64,000 nt of DNA from Ginglymostoma cirratum (GCA_024137785.1 JAHRHZ010000025.1:33724285-33788284), one strand, 5' to 3'; counted from the stretch's first letter, positions 11,801-24,682 are shown. The notes: generated from the letters alone by a model not told the origin. Translations and numbers: made by a program.

Positions 11801-12299
11801 ACATTTTATTTGTAACTTTAAAAAAGATCCCAGTTATACATTAATATAACAATATTCTTGTGTATTCTAAATGTAACACAAATTAGGTGCATAGATTCCA
11901 TTTACTTGTAAGAACTTGATATGTTATTTATCGTAGAACCGTTATATACAATGGAGAATAATCTTTCAATGTAGTCTGTGTCTGGAGTGCTACAGTACAG
12001 ATAGCCTGTGGTCTGTGGTCATCTGAAGAGGTACAGGTACTTGGTTCATTTACATGTTGACCTCTTATCACTCCAAAGGTGATAAACACAACAAGACTCA
12101 AAATGTTAACTCCGTTTCTCTCTCTACTGATGACACCAGACATGCTGAGCTCTTCCACCAGTAACCACTTTTATTTCAGGTCACTAGCTTGACTTCAACT
12201 TACTCTCCTATAGCCTGCTTTAACTCCACTAACAGTGCCCTGAGACCAGATCTAAAAGGGAATCTTACGTCTCCAAAAATGTGAGAGATATAAAACATT
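9905..12299. repeat. Composite inverted duplication: 11801-12077 = rc(9905-10180) and 12074-12299 = rc(11168-11382)
   Basis: Direct comparison. Arm A has about 6 differences in 276 bp; arm B is patchier. The two inverted pieces overlap by a 4-nt microhomology, CAAA (12074-12077). Confidence 0.95.
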
Positions 12300-14767
12300 C
12301 TACAGCCTTCACCCTCACTTTTTCTCACCCCCACACAGTCTCCATTACATATTCATGCCAACTCATGCAGGTAATAGCTTTACCCCATGACCTGTGGTCC
12401 CTTATACTCCATGCTAATTTAATGTCTGCTTTCACATGTCATGCCAACTGATTTTGTATCCACAACTACCCGTTCAAATTAGATAAAAGATATATTTCTG
12501 TTCCTTAAAGTTCTGCATTGCTGACAGTCATTGGCAGGTTTTGACAAATTATAGAGTTCCTGCCTTTTACCAACAATCTTCTCCAGAGTTAATAATGTCA
12601 AAGGACCTCTGCTCCCTCTCAAAGAATATTAATCCCCACCACTGAAGGAAACTTAATACTGTTACTAGCAAGCTCCTGCTAAAGTTCCCTGTCCCCAAAC
12701 CCTAGCTTACTGTGGGACCATGTCCTCAGGAGTACCTCAGCTCTTGAAAAGGCTACCCTGGCAATCCAAAAGAAGCCTACAGAGAACAGATCTGCTTTTA
12801 CTTGGTCCAATCTCCACACTCCTAGTTCTAGACACCGGGGACTCCTAAGATGATTTCAGTGAAGTAGCTGATGAATTTAACAGCCAGCTGCTATCCATAG
12901 CTATTTATATTTGGACTGATATAATCTTCCTAACATCCTTTAACATTTGTTTCAAAGCAAAAATGCACCACATCATGGCAAAAATCAGACAAACATATCC
13001 CGAACCTAATTAAGCATCGTTGACTGTAAGATATCAACATTGTCATGCACCATTATTGTGATCTGGAATTCAATGCCTGAAAGAAGGATTGCACCAGATT
13101 TAAACCTAACTGACAAATGGGAATTGGATGTAGACTTTATAAGGTGAGGAAAATTCAAGACTTGTGTAAAAAGCAGGTAAATGGGATTTGTCGGATAACT
13201 CTTTCAGGGATTGAACCATCCTGGTGCTGGCAGGGATGGGGTGCTGGGTACATGGAGGAGGGTAATGGTTGGAGTAGGCTTCGAAGTGGGACTGCCAAGA
13301 ATTTCAAAGGAAAGGACCAGCTGAGCGGCCCAATAGGTTCTCATCTCCAGGGAACTTTTCTGGACATGAGTCAGCACCGGTGGAGCCTGTCAGCTTGGTT
13401 GTGGCAGATCATCAATCTGCATTAATAACTGCCAATCTGTGGATTGATTGGGCATACCATCAGGATTTCATGGTGTTGGATAATGCCTTCATTGAGTACA
13501 TGCCAAGTGAGTGCCTGGAAGTTACTTGTCTGGAAGTTTTATGGGAGCCGATGAAGTCTTCCATTTTATACCACTCACTGGTGGGCCGACCATGAGCTGG
13601 CCACTGTTCCAGCCATGCAATTGTGGCCACTATTTACTTAAAGTACTGTGAGCTCTTCAAAGGGGACCTCAAATTGGGCTCACTTACCTCTCATCTCCAG
13701 CCACAGCAGTGCCCATGTCGGCCATTAGACATACCAAACCACCCAAACTGTAGACCCTCTGTTTGAATCTACAATCTCGGGGACCTTCCCATCAGCCTCC
13801 ATCCATTGGATGGCATACTCAGGGGCAGCCTATGTATGGGTAGGTCTCATAGGCAAGTCTCACTAGTGGCACCCTGACAGTCAATGAATGATCAGGAACT
13901 GCAAATGGTCTCAACAGGCTCTCATATTCTAAGAGCAGATGATTCCACCCACAAAAGGAACAGCACAGGTATCACATGGCAACCATCGTAGACTGCCTGG
14001 AAAAACACAGTAGCATTAAAACACATAATTACAACTTCTACGTCAGACAATGATTAATAGTGAACATTCAGCATGCAATAGATCTTAGCAAGAATAGCCT
14101 TGATGAGGCAGAACTGATATTGAAGTTATTGTATTGTGGAGATTGAGTAATTTGTTTGCAAATTTGGAAAAGATAATCCCCCTCTCCCTTCCCAAGGGCC
14201 TCTTCCTTATATGGCTGCAGGCCAGCTGAAAACAAAGTGAGCATTTATCTGACCAGAGACGTTGTTGATTTCCTGAAAATGATAAAGTATGCAACATGGC
14301 AGCAATATTTAAACCTCCAACTGTAATTTTTCAATGGGCATTAATGTGCATCTTTGTCTACTAATTGAAGAGGTTTAATTAGGTTAATGAGTACATTAAA
14401 ATGGTAAAGGAATTTGATGCTCTTATTTTAAGTGCCCAAGCACTAATATATGGTAATCTCAATTTCATGGTGTTTAAAGATACAAAACCAGGAGATTTTT
14501 CAAAATATCTGTCTGTTTTCATTCAATCAGCTCATTTATACTTGCTCCTTAGTGATGAGCTGAAGTGTTATTTCAGCTGTTGTTTAATCATGCATCAAAA
14601 ATCAGTTCAACAGAACATGAAAATCTGTTTTTTTTTAAAATTAGGTTCAGCCAAAGACAACTGCAACAAGGAGGTATATGAGCATTAAGCAATTTTCTTC
14701 ACATAGAGCCCAACAGATAGAAAAGGTTTTCTGCTGTATTAACGAGTAAATTCTAGATTCCCAATAT

Positions 14768-15512
14768 CGATAGAATCATAGAGCATTATGGCACAGAACA
14801 AGGCCACTCAGTCCATTATGCCTGTGCTGGCTCTTTGTAAGTTTTCTCCAATTATAATTGAAATAGTCCACTCACCTGGTCATTTGAATGGTATTTTCAT
14901 GTGCAAAGAGTGGCACTGACAAGGCCAGAATTTGTTGTCTATCCCTATTTGCCCTTGCCCATCTGCTACAGCTCTGCAGAACTTTCTTTCTCAAGTCATA
15001 GGGTGATACGGAAACAGGCCCTTTGGCCAACCTTGTCTGTGACAACCAAAAAGTACCAAATTACACGAATCCCACTTACCTGCACTTGGTCCTCAGCCTA
15101 CAATGCCTGCCATTTTAAATACTTATCCAGATGCTTCTGAAATGATGATAAGAGTCTGCCTCCATCACTCTCTCAGGCAGCACATTTCATATATTTATTA
15201 CCCTCTGCATGATTTTTTTTTTCTTCTCTGATCTCCTCTAAATCAGTTGCTCCTCATGTTAAACTTACGTCCTGTGGTCTTAAACCCATCTGCCATAGAG
15301 GAAAGATTCTCACAATCTGCTCTTTCCATACCTTTCATACTTTGTATACCTCAATCAGATCCTTCCCTCAGTCTCCTCTGCTCCAAGGAAAACAAACCCA
15401 GTCTCTCCTCATAACTGAGGTTTTTTCATCCCAGGCAATATCTTAGTGAATCTTCTTTGCACCCTGTCCAGTGTAATTATGTCCTTTTGATAGTGTGGTG
15501 ACCAGAACTGTC
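14768..15512 (-). mobile_element. CR1 LINE 3' fragments
   Basis: atagaatcatagag tail, aaacaggccctttggcc, ctctgctccaaggaaaacaaacccag, gtgtggtgaccagaactg (reverse: QFWSPH motif). Confidence 0.75.
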
Positions 15513-15704
15513 ATGTTTTGAAAGCTATTTTGGAAACTGTGTGCATTTCATGTTATATCAAGCTGCAATATAATATTGATTCCATAAACTGACCAGGTGC
15601 TTAGTTCATTCACTGGTTATCTTAAATTATGAAGAAAAATCTTCATAATTTTGCAAAATTCAGTTTGAGCTGCTTTACTGTAAAGGTCCATGCTGTTGGT
15701 CAAG

Positions 15705-16125
15705 GCTTAATGGTAACATTCTGACCTCTGAGTCTGAAGGTTGTGAGCTAAATCCCCATTTCAAAGGTTTGAGCATGTAGTCCCAGCCTACACTGCAGCA
15801 CTGTACTGAGGGAGTGTTATACTGTCAAAGGTGCTTTGATGAGATGGTCAACTGAGGTCCTGCCGCTCTCCAAATTAGCAGCACGGATCCTGCTATGCTA
15901 TTTCAAAGAATGGCAAAGAATGATATACTTGTGAATATTTATTGTTCAATCAATATCATAGGAAACAAGCTATCTGATCATTATCACTATGCCATTTGTA
16001 TGGTGTTCTGTGTGCACATACTTTGCCATGATTTCTACCTTATAGCAGTGGCAACACTTCAAAACTACTTAACTAGGTGCAAAGTATTTTTTGGTCTCCT
16101 GACACCTAGGGTGCATTAAAATGTA
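15705..16125 (+). mobile_element. Deu-domain SINE (SacSINE1/AmnSINE1-like)
   Basis: tRNA-like head cctctgagtc.gaaggttgtg, then gtactgagggagtg...gatgagatg.tcaactgaggtcc...gctatttcaaagaa...ctgatcattatcac...acacttcaaaa. Confidence 0.7.
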
Positions 16126-16221
16126 TTATTCAGCGAGTATTGTTTCAGTCAATGTGGATGGAATCTGATGCTTCCACCCCAACTCCCAAGATGGGTTCAG
16201 AGGCAGGAAATATGCCTGTTT

Positions 16222-16545
16222 AGAGTCATACAGTCATACAGCCCAGAAACAGATCCTTCTGTCCAACTCATCCTGGCCAACCAGGTATCTTAAATGAATC
16301 CAGTCCCATTTGCCAGCATTTGGGCCATATCCCTCTAAATCCTTTCTTTTCATGTACCTGTCCAAATGATAGTTTGTTCCATCAATGCATTACTTTCTGT
16401 GAGGAAAACTTACCCCTCAGGTCCCTTTTAAACCTTTCCCCTCTAACCTTAAAACCATGCCCTCTAGTTTTGGACTCCCCTACCCCAGGGAAAAAAACCT
16501 TGGCTATTCACGTTATTTATGCCTCTCGTGATTTTATAAACTTTT
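16222..16545 (-). mobile_element. CR1 LINE 3' fragment
   Basis: agagtcatacagtcatacagc tail; cccctcaggtcccttttaaacctttcccctct.accttaaa. Confidence 0.75.
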
Positions 16546-17199
16546 GTATGTCTCTTGGGAAATGACCCTTTTGCTTTCATGGCTCCGCCTGATGAAGTGA
16601 AGGTCCTAAAGAATGGAAGGTTTCCCTTCCCGCTCATCCCACAGTTTGAACAATCAGTAAACTACGGAAATGACGGCACTTGACTTGTATACCTGAAAAT
16701 GGGGCTTCAATTCAGAACTGTAGTGTCATTTTCAAGTTGTATTGTTTTATTTTCCTGGCTTTTCCCTTAAACCCCTGAATTGTGAATGAAAGACATCACA
16801 CACCTCCATCACTGATACTCTAAAAGCACGAGTGGCTAATTTGCCATCTGGGAGATTGTCTAGTAAATAGAATTGCCAGCAGCCTGTCACAAATGGAGAG
16901 TGGTCCCTTTGTTCACTGGGCATTCTGTGCCCAAGCAAGAGGCCTGGCATCTGAAGAGGGAGCCCCAAAGGAGGCCAGTCCTCTGCACTTGCTAACTATT
17001 GCTGTATACTCCCTAATTTCCTGGCAACCCCTTCCCCATGCCCAATCCCTCCTTCTTCCCTCCCCTCCCACACATAAGCTCATATTTCATCAGCCCTGTA
17101 TAAAGTTTCATGACTATATCCATTTGAAGGTTCATGTGTCGTATTAGCAGAGACCACCACTCATTGCTGCGTAGGTGGTGATGCAGAGGTGATTGTTGA

Positions 17200-17520
17200 G
17201 TGATGCCTTGTGGCACAATGGGTTGCATTCCTGCCTCTGAAACAGATACTCCATGTTTGAGTCCTGCTTTGAGACTCAATGGCTACAGTATGTGCATTCA
17301 TGACATTGCTGAAAAGGTTAATTGCTGAATGACCTGCAAAATTATCTCATGTGCCAATGACCAGTGATAAGAGAGGGAGAGTCTTTGGGTCAGTCGGGCC
17401 TGTGTGGCAGCTGCAGTATATCTATGTCCCGATGTTAAGAAACTCCACATGTAAGGTCTTACCATGGCTGTACTCTGTGGACAAGCGAACAATTTCATTT
17501 TGAGGAACTACTGACAGTGA
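17200..17520 (+). mobile_element. tRNA-derived SINE of another family
   Basis: A-box-like tgtggcacaatgg and B-box-like gtttgagtcc at tRNA spacing, with no intact cloverleaf. Confidence 0.45.
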
Positions 17521-17656
17521 TAACTGAGCGGCAGCTCTCAGGGATGGGATCTCCACCCTACTGGGGAATTAATTGAGTGGGAGGGTCAATGCTGTCAGGC
17601 ATGTGCCTGATTGCCTGGCAAATGCACAAGCCTCCAGGAAAGAAGGGACACTGGTG

Positions 17657-17721
17657 AAATAATTCTTCAGTGCTCGGCGTCCCATCACCAAATAACTCTT
17701 CAGTGCTTGGCGTCCATCACC
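17657..17721 (+). repeat. Tandem duplication, 33-bp unit x2
   Basis: aaataattcttcagtgctcggcgtcccatcacc / aaataactcttcagtgcttggcgtccatcacc. Confidence 0.9.
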
Positions 17722-18547
17722 AATCACTTTTTTTACAAATGCATAGCATTTAACAATAGCACTACCTCTCACTGAGTCAAGCATTCTGTGTCCCAATATC
17801 CCCAACATCCATCCTTTATGTCAACTAAATCTTCCTGATTGGACCAGGTTAACAGCTTCATATTCTATGAGGTCCATCCAGCTGACCCCTTTGCAACAGG
17901 TTTCCCACCTCTCTAACGAGTGGATGAGATCCCCAACGTCCCCAGTAAATTCTGTCCCATGACTAATTTTACATGTCAATTTCTGAAGGTGAAGGGCAGA
18001 TCAAGTCTATATTTTCAGTGACCAGAAGTATTCCATAAAGCAGAAAAATGGTAGTTTTACACTTAGCACCAGAGTCGTGTTTTGACTTCTTAAAGCCTGA
18101 GTCAAGATTTGTAAGTCTTATTTGCAGCAATGATAATCTCTTGATAAATGCTAAATGTACCACCAGATTTGTACTCAGGCAGTGATTCCACATAAAATAA
18201 TATTAACTTATTTCAATATCTACCAAAAGCACTTCAGGTAACAATATAATAAAATAAAGAAGCTTCCAAGATCAAAAATGTTTGACAGGAATTGACTAAT
18301 CTACTGACTCAAAGCTTAGACTTATTAATTATTTACTTCCAAACGACTTGAGTTCAAATTTAATAAAACATTACAGTCTCTTAAAAATGTAAATAAATCC
18401 AATGATTTCCAATCGGTGACAGATCCTTTATCTAAACTTTCTAACCACATCAGGTGTGATTTAAGAAGTATATTGGAAAGCAATTTTGCTTACTTTCTAT
18501 GAAAAATATTGCTATTAATGATCTCTGGTATTTCTGGTATCTGGCTA

Positions 18548-18901
18548 TGGGGTGGGACAGTGGCTCAGTGGTTAGCACTGTTGCCTCACAGCATTTGGGA
18601 CCTAGTATTGATTCCAACCTCGGGTGACTGTCTGCATGAAATTTGCCCGTTCTCCCCTTGTCTGCGTGAGTTTCCTCTAGGTGGTCTGATTTCCTTCCAC
18701 AGTTCAAAGATGTGCAGGTTATGTGAATTGACCATGATAAATTGCCCATAGTGTCCAGGGATGAGCAGATTGGGTGGATTAGACAGGGGAAGTACACAGA
18801 TGTGGAGACGGGAAGGGGGGCTGAGTCTGCATGGGATGCCCTTCAGAGGGTTGGTGCAGATTCAATGGGCTGAATGGCCTGTTCCTGGGATTCTATGATT
18901 G
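18548..18901 (+). mobile_element. HE1-type V-SINE
   Basis: cagtggctcagtggttagcactgttgcctcacagc...caaagatgtgcaggtt...gggctgaatggcctgttcc...ggattctatgatt. Confidence 0.85.
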
Positions 18902-19059
18902 TTGGGTGCATCATGGATCAAAGCAGAGGAAGGAACACAATGACATCATAACATACTCAATACTGAGAGCTTACAAAGAAAAATACACATTTCTGAAACA
19001 GTCAGTTTTGACCTAAAATAGCACTATCTGCCATTATGTAAATGAATAAAAAAGGCCTG

Positions 19060-19270
19060 ATTAGCTTGGTCACCTAAATACCTATTGCGTGAATCAGATT
19101 AATGCCAATAGTGCAGGGTTGATTCCCGTTCCAGGTGAAGTAGACTTGAGGCCTGGCACTGCAAGTGGAAGACAACAGCTAGCCACCGCTAATGAAAACC
19201 TACCCAGAAATAGGTTAGGATGCAACATCTACAGTCAATGGACTTAGGCACTGCCTTTATCAGGAGCAAA
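19060..19270 (+). mobile_element. Degenerate tRNA-derived SINE
   Basis: tagcttggt...gggttgattcccgttccagg A/B-box-like head. Confidence 0.35.
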
Positions 19271-20389
19271 TGTAAGTAAACAAATATGAAACTTCTATGC
19301 GTGGTCCACAAATTAATTAGCTTCCCCCATTCCCCCAATGAAGATATGATACCTCTGCAAGGTCTCCATTCTTCTTCATAGCTGGACAGAAATTATGAGT
19401 ATTGTGGGTCATACCATATTTTGTGGATCACTGTTAATCCCATTCTTATCCAAATATTTCCAGATGCTACACACACCTAATTGTGCTTTCAGCAGAAACA
19501 CACATTCAATGCTCCAAGCCTTTGCTGAACTTAGGCACCTCTTTAAGGGATTGATATTTCCTATTTTCTCCCCAATCCTCTTTCGATTCTCCTATCTTTC
19601 AAAATGCTCATATGATATTTGTCTGCTTTAAGTAATAACCTAACACCTTTTTAGATGTGTTTAATCAATTTAATATTGAACGCTACCTGCAGGAAAGCAT
19701 TTCTCATTCTCAAAGCTGTATAGCTTACCTGTGTAGATTTTGGCTCTCATTTTCTCCTTCCAATAAGTGTCTGTTTCAAGTGGTAGACCTGAGAAATATT
19801 TCTGGATTTTGGACCAAGTTCAGCAGAGGCTTTAACTGAAGTGTCACTGCAACATCACCATGTTAAAGAAAGCACTGTCTCTTATTATGGATTTATTTCT
19901 GCCTGAAGGAATATAACTTTGTCGTTTATTTATGTCTAGTAAAGGATAGAAAAAGAGGAATAGCATAACCCTGTGTTGTCCATTTATATCAGCTGTCATT
20001 GAACTGCATCACTCCGCATGTAATACACTAATCATGGTAATCAATGTCCTGCTTATTGTCTTCCACTAAATGTTCTGTCACATTCTAATCTTCTTTTTCT
20101 TGTGTCTTCACTCAAAGAAAAGCCATTGGTAACTCATGTGCCCTGAATAGACCATCGGTCAGATTCAGTATGCTCAAAGCAATTAAAATATGTTATTCTC
20201 CAAGATATTGAAATTTGGGTTTACACTAGGATTGTCCATCAGTGATTCAGTAATGAGGTAAAACTTTCAATTCAGCCATAATCAAGTTGTTTCCATCTTC
20301 ACCTTTGAGTCAGAACATTGGGGATTCACGCCTCACAATGGACACTCGATTGCAACACTTAATTTGATTCTTTAGTGCTTCATATAATA

Positions 20390-21970
20390 TAAGTACAAGA
20401 ACTTTGTGGAACCAGGAGCAGGAGCTGACCATGTGGCCCCTTGAACCTGTTTCACTATTCAGTATGATCAAGATGGACCTTCTGCTCAACCGATTTTTCT
20501 TCCCATTCCCACATCTCTGAGAGACCTAAAACCTCTTTCAGTAAGTCTTAGATATATTCAGCAATGGGTGATTCACAGCCCTCTCTGATATACCGTTCCA
20601 AATAGTCACAAGACTTTCAGTAAGCAATTTCTCCTCACGTCAGTCCTAAGAAATTAACCCTACAGCCTGAGATTGTGACCCCATGTTCTAATTCTCCCAG
20701 CTAGTGGAAACAACCTCTCAGTGTCTGACCTGTCAAGTATCTTTATAATCTTGTTATTTCCAACATGGTAATCTCTCATTCTTCGAAATTCCAGTGAGTG
20801 ATATACTCAACCTCACTTCATAGGACATTCCTGTAATTCCAGGATCTAATCAAATGAACTTTTACCGTGCTAACACAAAATGGAGGTACATTTTTCCTTG
20901 AAATGTTGACCAAGTATACATGTTGCACTCCAGCTGTGCTCTCATTAGAGTCCTATACAATTGCAACAATATTTCCTTATGCTTGTACTCCCATGTCTTT
21001 GAAATAAAGGACAACTTGCCATTTTCTTTTCTAATTATTTGCTGCACATGCATGCTGATTTTCCTTGTATGAATGCGTTCAAGTCTCTCTGTAATTCAAC
21101 ATTTACAATTTCATGGCTTTTTAAAAAAAGTTGTATTCTTTAATACATACAAATAAAATAAATCACCCCACATTTCCACACTTGATATTCCGTCACGTTT
21201 TTGTCACTCATTGTAATATCCATATCTCTGTAATCTCTGAGTGTTCCTCCTAGCTTACATTCCACTTAGCTATGTTATTGCCAATAAATTTGTACATATT
21301 ACTCTCTGTTTCTTCATCTTAATCATTGCTGTAGATTGTAAATAGTTGATGCCCAGGATTGACCCCCAGAACACTCCATCATTCATACCCTGTACCCCAA
21401 AAATTTCCCATTTGTCCTGTTTCTGCCTCTCAGGGAACAATGTTCATTTTAGCTACTTGCCTCCTTTCTATAGACTTCTAAAAGCTCTTGCAATCTGTTT
21501 TAATATTCCCGGCCAGTTTATTCTTATTCTATACTTTTACATTTTATCAACCTTTCGCTGTCTTTTGCTGGTTTCCTAATCCTCAAGTTTGTAACTCTTT
21601 TTGTGACATTGTAAGTCTCTTCATTTAATCTGATACTAACCTTGACTTGATCAGTAAGCAACTGATAGATTTTCTTGCTTTTTTAAATTAATTTTTAAAT
21701 GTAATATTTCAAATTGTTTTCTTAAATGTTTCCAACTTTTTTTTTGCTAACATACCTTTAGACTAATTACTTAATCAAAATTAGCCCGGTCTTCACTCAT
21801 AACAACATAATAGGTTCAATTTAAATTTAGGATAGCATTATGTCACTTTCAAACGTCATTTAGAATTTAGTTGTATTATGATCACTTTTGACAGTGGAGA
21901 TTTTTTAAATTTCTGATGATCCTATAAATGAACAATGCCTCATTGAAAAATTCTAGGTGAAAATAGCTTT
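20390..21970 (-). mobile_element. Old CR1 LINE
   Basis: CR1 tail near 20400-20480. ORF 20862-21053 (HVQQIIRKENGKLSFISKTWEYKHKEILLQLYRTLMRAQLEC) is the CR1 RT C-terminal region. Confidence 0.75.
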
Positions 21971-22197
21971 ATCCCAAGTATATTCACATCATATTGCTCC
22001 AGTTAACTGTCACAAAATCCTGCATTTGTAAAAGAACAGGGGAAATATCCCCATTACAATGCACATTATTTATCCTTAATACATTGGTTTTTTTTGAAAT
22101 GAACATTTCTGAGCAAGTGGCTGCCATGGAAGTGCCTCTTGATCACACCTTTCATCAACCTTTGTTGAAGATGGACAGTAAACTCCTGGGTTTGTAA

Positions 22198-22296
22198 TTA
22201 GAGATAACACGTTGTGGAGCTGGATGAACACAGCAAGCCAAGCAGCATCAGAGGAGCAGGAAAGCTGACGTTTCGGGTTGAGACCCTTCTCCAGCA
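22198..22296 (-). mobile_element. PLE end with mutated hammerhead (CTGGAGA core)
   Basis: Reverse reads ctggagaagggtctcaacccgaaacgtcagctttcctgctcctctgatgctgc, the same family as 1-326. Confidence 0.8.
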
Positions 22297-23799
22297 TTGG
22301 CAGTTCCTACTATCTCTGGGATTGTAATTACCCTGATTGGATTTATGTTATTTTTCATGGTGAGGACATATCTGGTCATTTTTTCATATCGACAGATAGA
22401 GTCCAGTTTTGTAGACCTGCTGGAACAATATTGTTGTTTTATGGTCAGTATGTTAGTTTACCTTTAGAGGACATGCTCATAATATCATCACTGTATCACA
22501 GCATGTGAACATAGGATATCGAGGTGTCAGACTCCATCTTACTTGGAGTTATGACACGCAGAATGTATCTTGCTACTCTTTGTAAACATGTGGCTTAATA
22601 TGAGCCCAGATGTGAATGTACCCATAAATGTAATATCGATGTACATTAATGAGCTATATTAAGCATTTTTGAAACTTTCAATACCACATTATCTAGATCC
22701 TAGTTTCTTACATGATGCACTATAACATAAGCATCAATGCATCAGATGAAGTTCCCCTGCTGGAGGCAGACAAAAATCAATCTTGACCAGAAGTGGGCTA
22801 ATTCCAGAGAGCAAGTCGTGACACAGATGGCAATCAATGAAGCAACCTCTCCCTCCTCCTGCGCTTGATCTCTGTCTCCCTCAGGTTCTGGTCTTCTGCC
22901 TTCATCAAGAAGACAAAGCAAAGAATTATCACTCTGAGAAATAGATAGTGGAAGTAGAAGAGAAAGACCCCAATTCTAAAGGATAACTGTGAGGGACAGG
23001 TAGGAAATGGCACAAAGATGAGCCTGAGCATCATTATTGAATGTTTAGAGGCGGATGTGAGGAATTGCATGATCAGAAAGGAATCGGTGGAGCGATAAAG
23101 TACATTCATCTGAGGAATTCTGTGCAGGTCACTGCTGGGAAACTTGGGACAGGGACATGGAAAGCCATTCATTTTGCCCCCATCCTAAACTCATTGAAAC
23201 TGTTGCTGCCATTTCCCTGATGAAGGGAGCAGACTCCTGTTACACACTTCCTTGACCACTTCCTTCCATGCCTGCCTGAATGCAGGGGCTGGCCTCCTCC
23301 TCCTGTCTGTAGGCTTCCAAACCTTATTTTAGTCCCTCAGATCCCACAGCTAGACCTCCAAGTAAATGTGAGAGACCTTGAAATAGGCTTTCCATGTCTT
23401 CCTTTCATTCTAGATCTGGAAAAGCTTCCAACCACTCTGACCCATGCTTAGTTCCCTTAACTAGAAATACTTCCTTTGAGTGTATTCCTGGCTGCTCTCT
23501 CTAATGGGTTGAGAAAACAAGAAATAAGTTAATGAGCAATGAAAAATTCTGCTTCTGCAGAGCAATGGAATGGTGCATTGATGACATAACTGAGATATCA
23601 GCAATCCTTCGCAAGAGTCTGGGAACAGACATGGAAAAGTCTGTTCAAGTTCACTTACTTGGAAATATAGAACATTGTATAATATCAAGGAGTATTAAAG
23701 AAATGCACCAGATTTTTGAATCTCATAGCTGGAGGAACATTTTTCAATCACAACCACAGGCCACAAGTTATCATTCAAAGTGAACTCAAACCATGAAGC

Positions 23800-24100
23800 A
23801 GCTTCAATCACAAATGTGCTTCTGACTCACAAAGACAAGTGCCCAGAGACAGTAACCTACCACCACTCTTCGACCTCTCTCAACACTACAAGCTGGTTTG
23901 TTTCTTAAAGTTCACTTAGGGTAATGGTCTTTAACTGGAAAACCGAGATAGGATATCTTCTATGAATCTCAAAAAAAGATATAGCACGCAGCTCTATCAT
24001 TTCAAAATCATACAGCTTAGATCTGTAACATTTTCGGTTATTATTCTCCATCAGCACAGCATCATCTAGTGCAGTTTTCGGTTTCAATAGCTGTTGGAAA
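23800..24100 (-). pseudogene. Possible highly degenerate Gypsy RNase H remnant
   Basis: Minus strand ALDDAVLME...CYRSK...IELRAISFF...PVKDHYP loosely fits GLGAVL.Q...Y.S...E.E..AI.F...TDH.PL. Confidence 0.3.
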
Positions 24101-24572
24101 CATTTTGTTGTAGCTTAATGATACACTTCATGCCTTCAATATGGTTTCCATGCTTACATTTCATTCTGCCTGGTTTGCTAAATTGCGTGTTGGTACAATG
24201 TCTATGATTTTTACTTGGGTCAATGATCTTTGCTTCAGCTGAACATCACTCTCCATGGTTTCTGTCAACACCTCCCATAGCACTTTCTAACAGTGACTCA
24301 CATTTATTACCACAGTATAAGTTTCCTTCTTTGCAACTCTGAACACCAGCATCAGCTTCTATCAGGTTTTTGTTTTTAACCATTCTTTCGAGCTAGTGAA
24401 CAGTTAGATATGAAAGTTAGTTCTTCTCAAATGTACGTGACTGCTTTCTGCGACAACAGCAGTGGAAATGCTCTGAAATTTGCAATTTAATTTGTTTCTG
24501 CCTTGAAATTTCAGCTGATTAAGGTTGGGAGGAGAGTGGTACTCCTGTCAGGGGAAGGGAGATCCGCTGAGA

Positions 24573-24682
24573 GATACCACTGTCAAGGCAGACAGGTCCC
24601 ACCGTCAGGGTAGACATATACCATGGTCAAGGCAGACAGACCCCACCATCAATGGAGATGGATACCACTGTCAGGGGGCAAA
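24573..24682 (+). repeat. 22-bp minisatellite x5 with alternating unit types
   Basis: gataccactgtcaaggcagaca / ggtcccaccgtcagggtagaca / tataccatggtcaaggcagaca / gaccccaccatcaatggagatg / gataccactgtcagggggcaaa. Confidence 0.8.

Noticed and set aside
11588-11803. 5' LTR plus tRNA-Leu primer-binding site for the minus-strand ERV
   Set aside because: TGTAAC start and tggtgtcag are suggestive, but only 9 nt match and no partner LTR was found near 9.4 kb.
18548-18625. tRNA gene
   Set aside because: The A/B boxes belong to an HE1 SINE head with no acceptor stem; the same applies to the other SINE heads.
23215-23250. Additional hammerhead at ctgatgaaggg
   Set aside because: No stem II or GAAAC follows. 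The same holds for CTGATGA at about 12869, 16590, 33232, 45654 and 45711.
24573-24682. CRISPR-like periodic repeat
   Set aside because: Contiguous degenerate units with no unique spacers and no cas genes, in vertebrate DNA.
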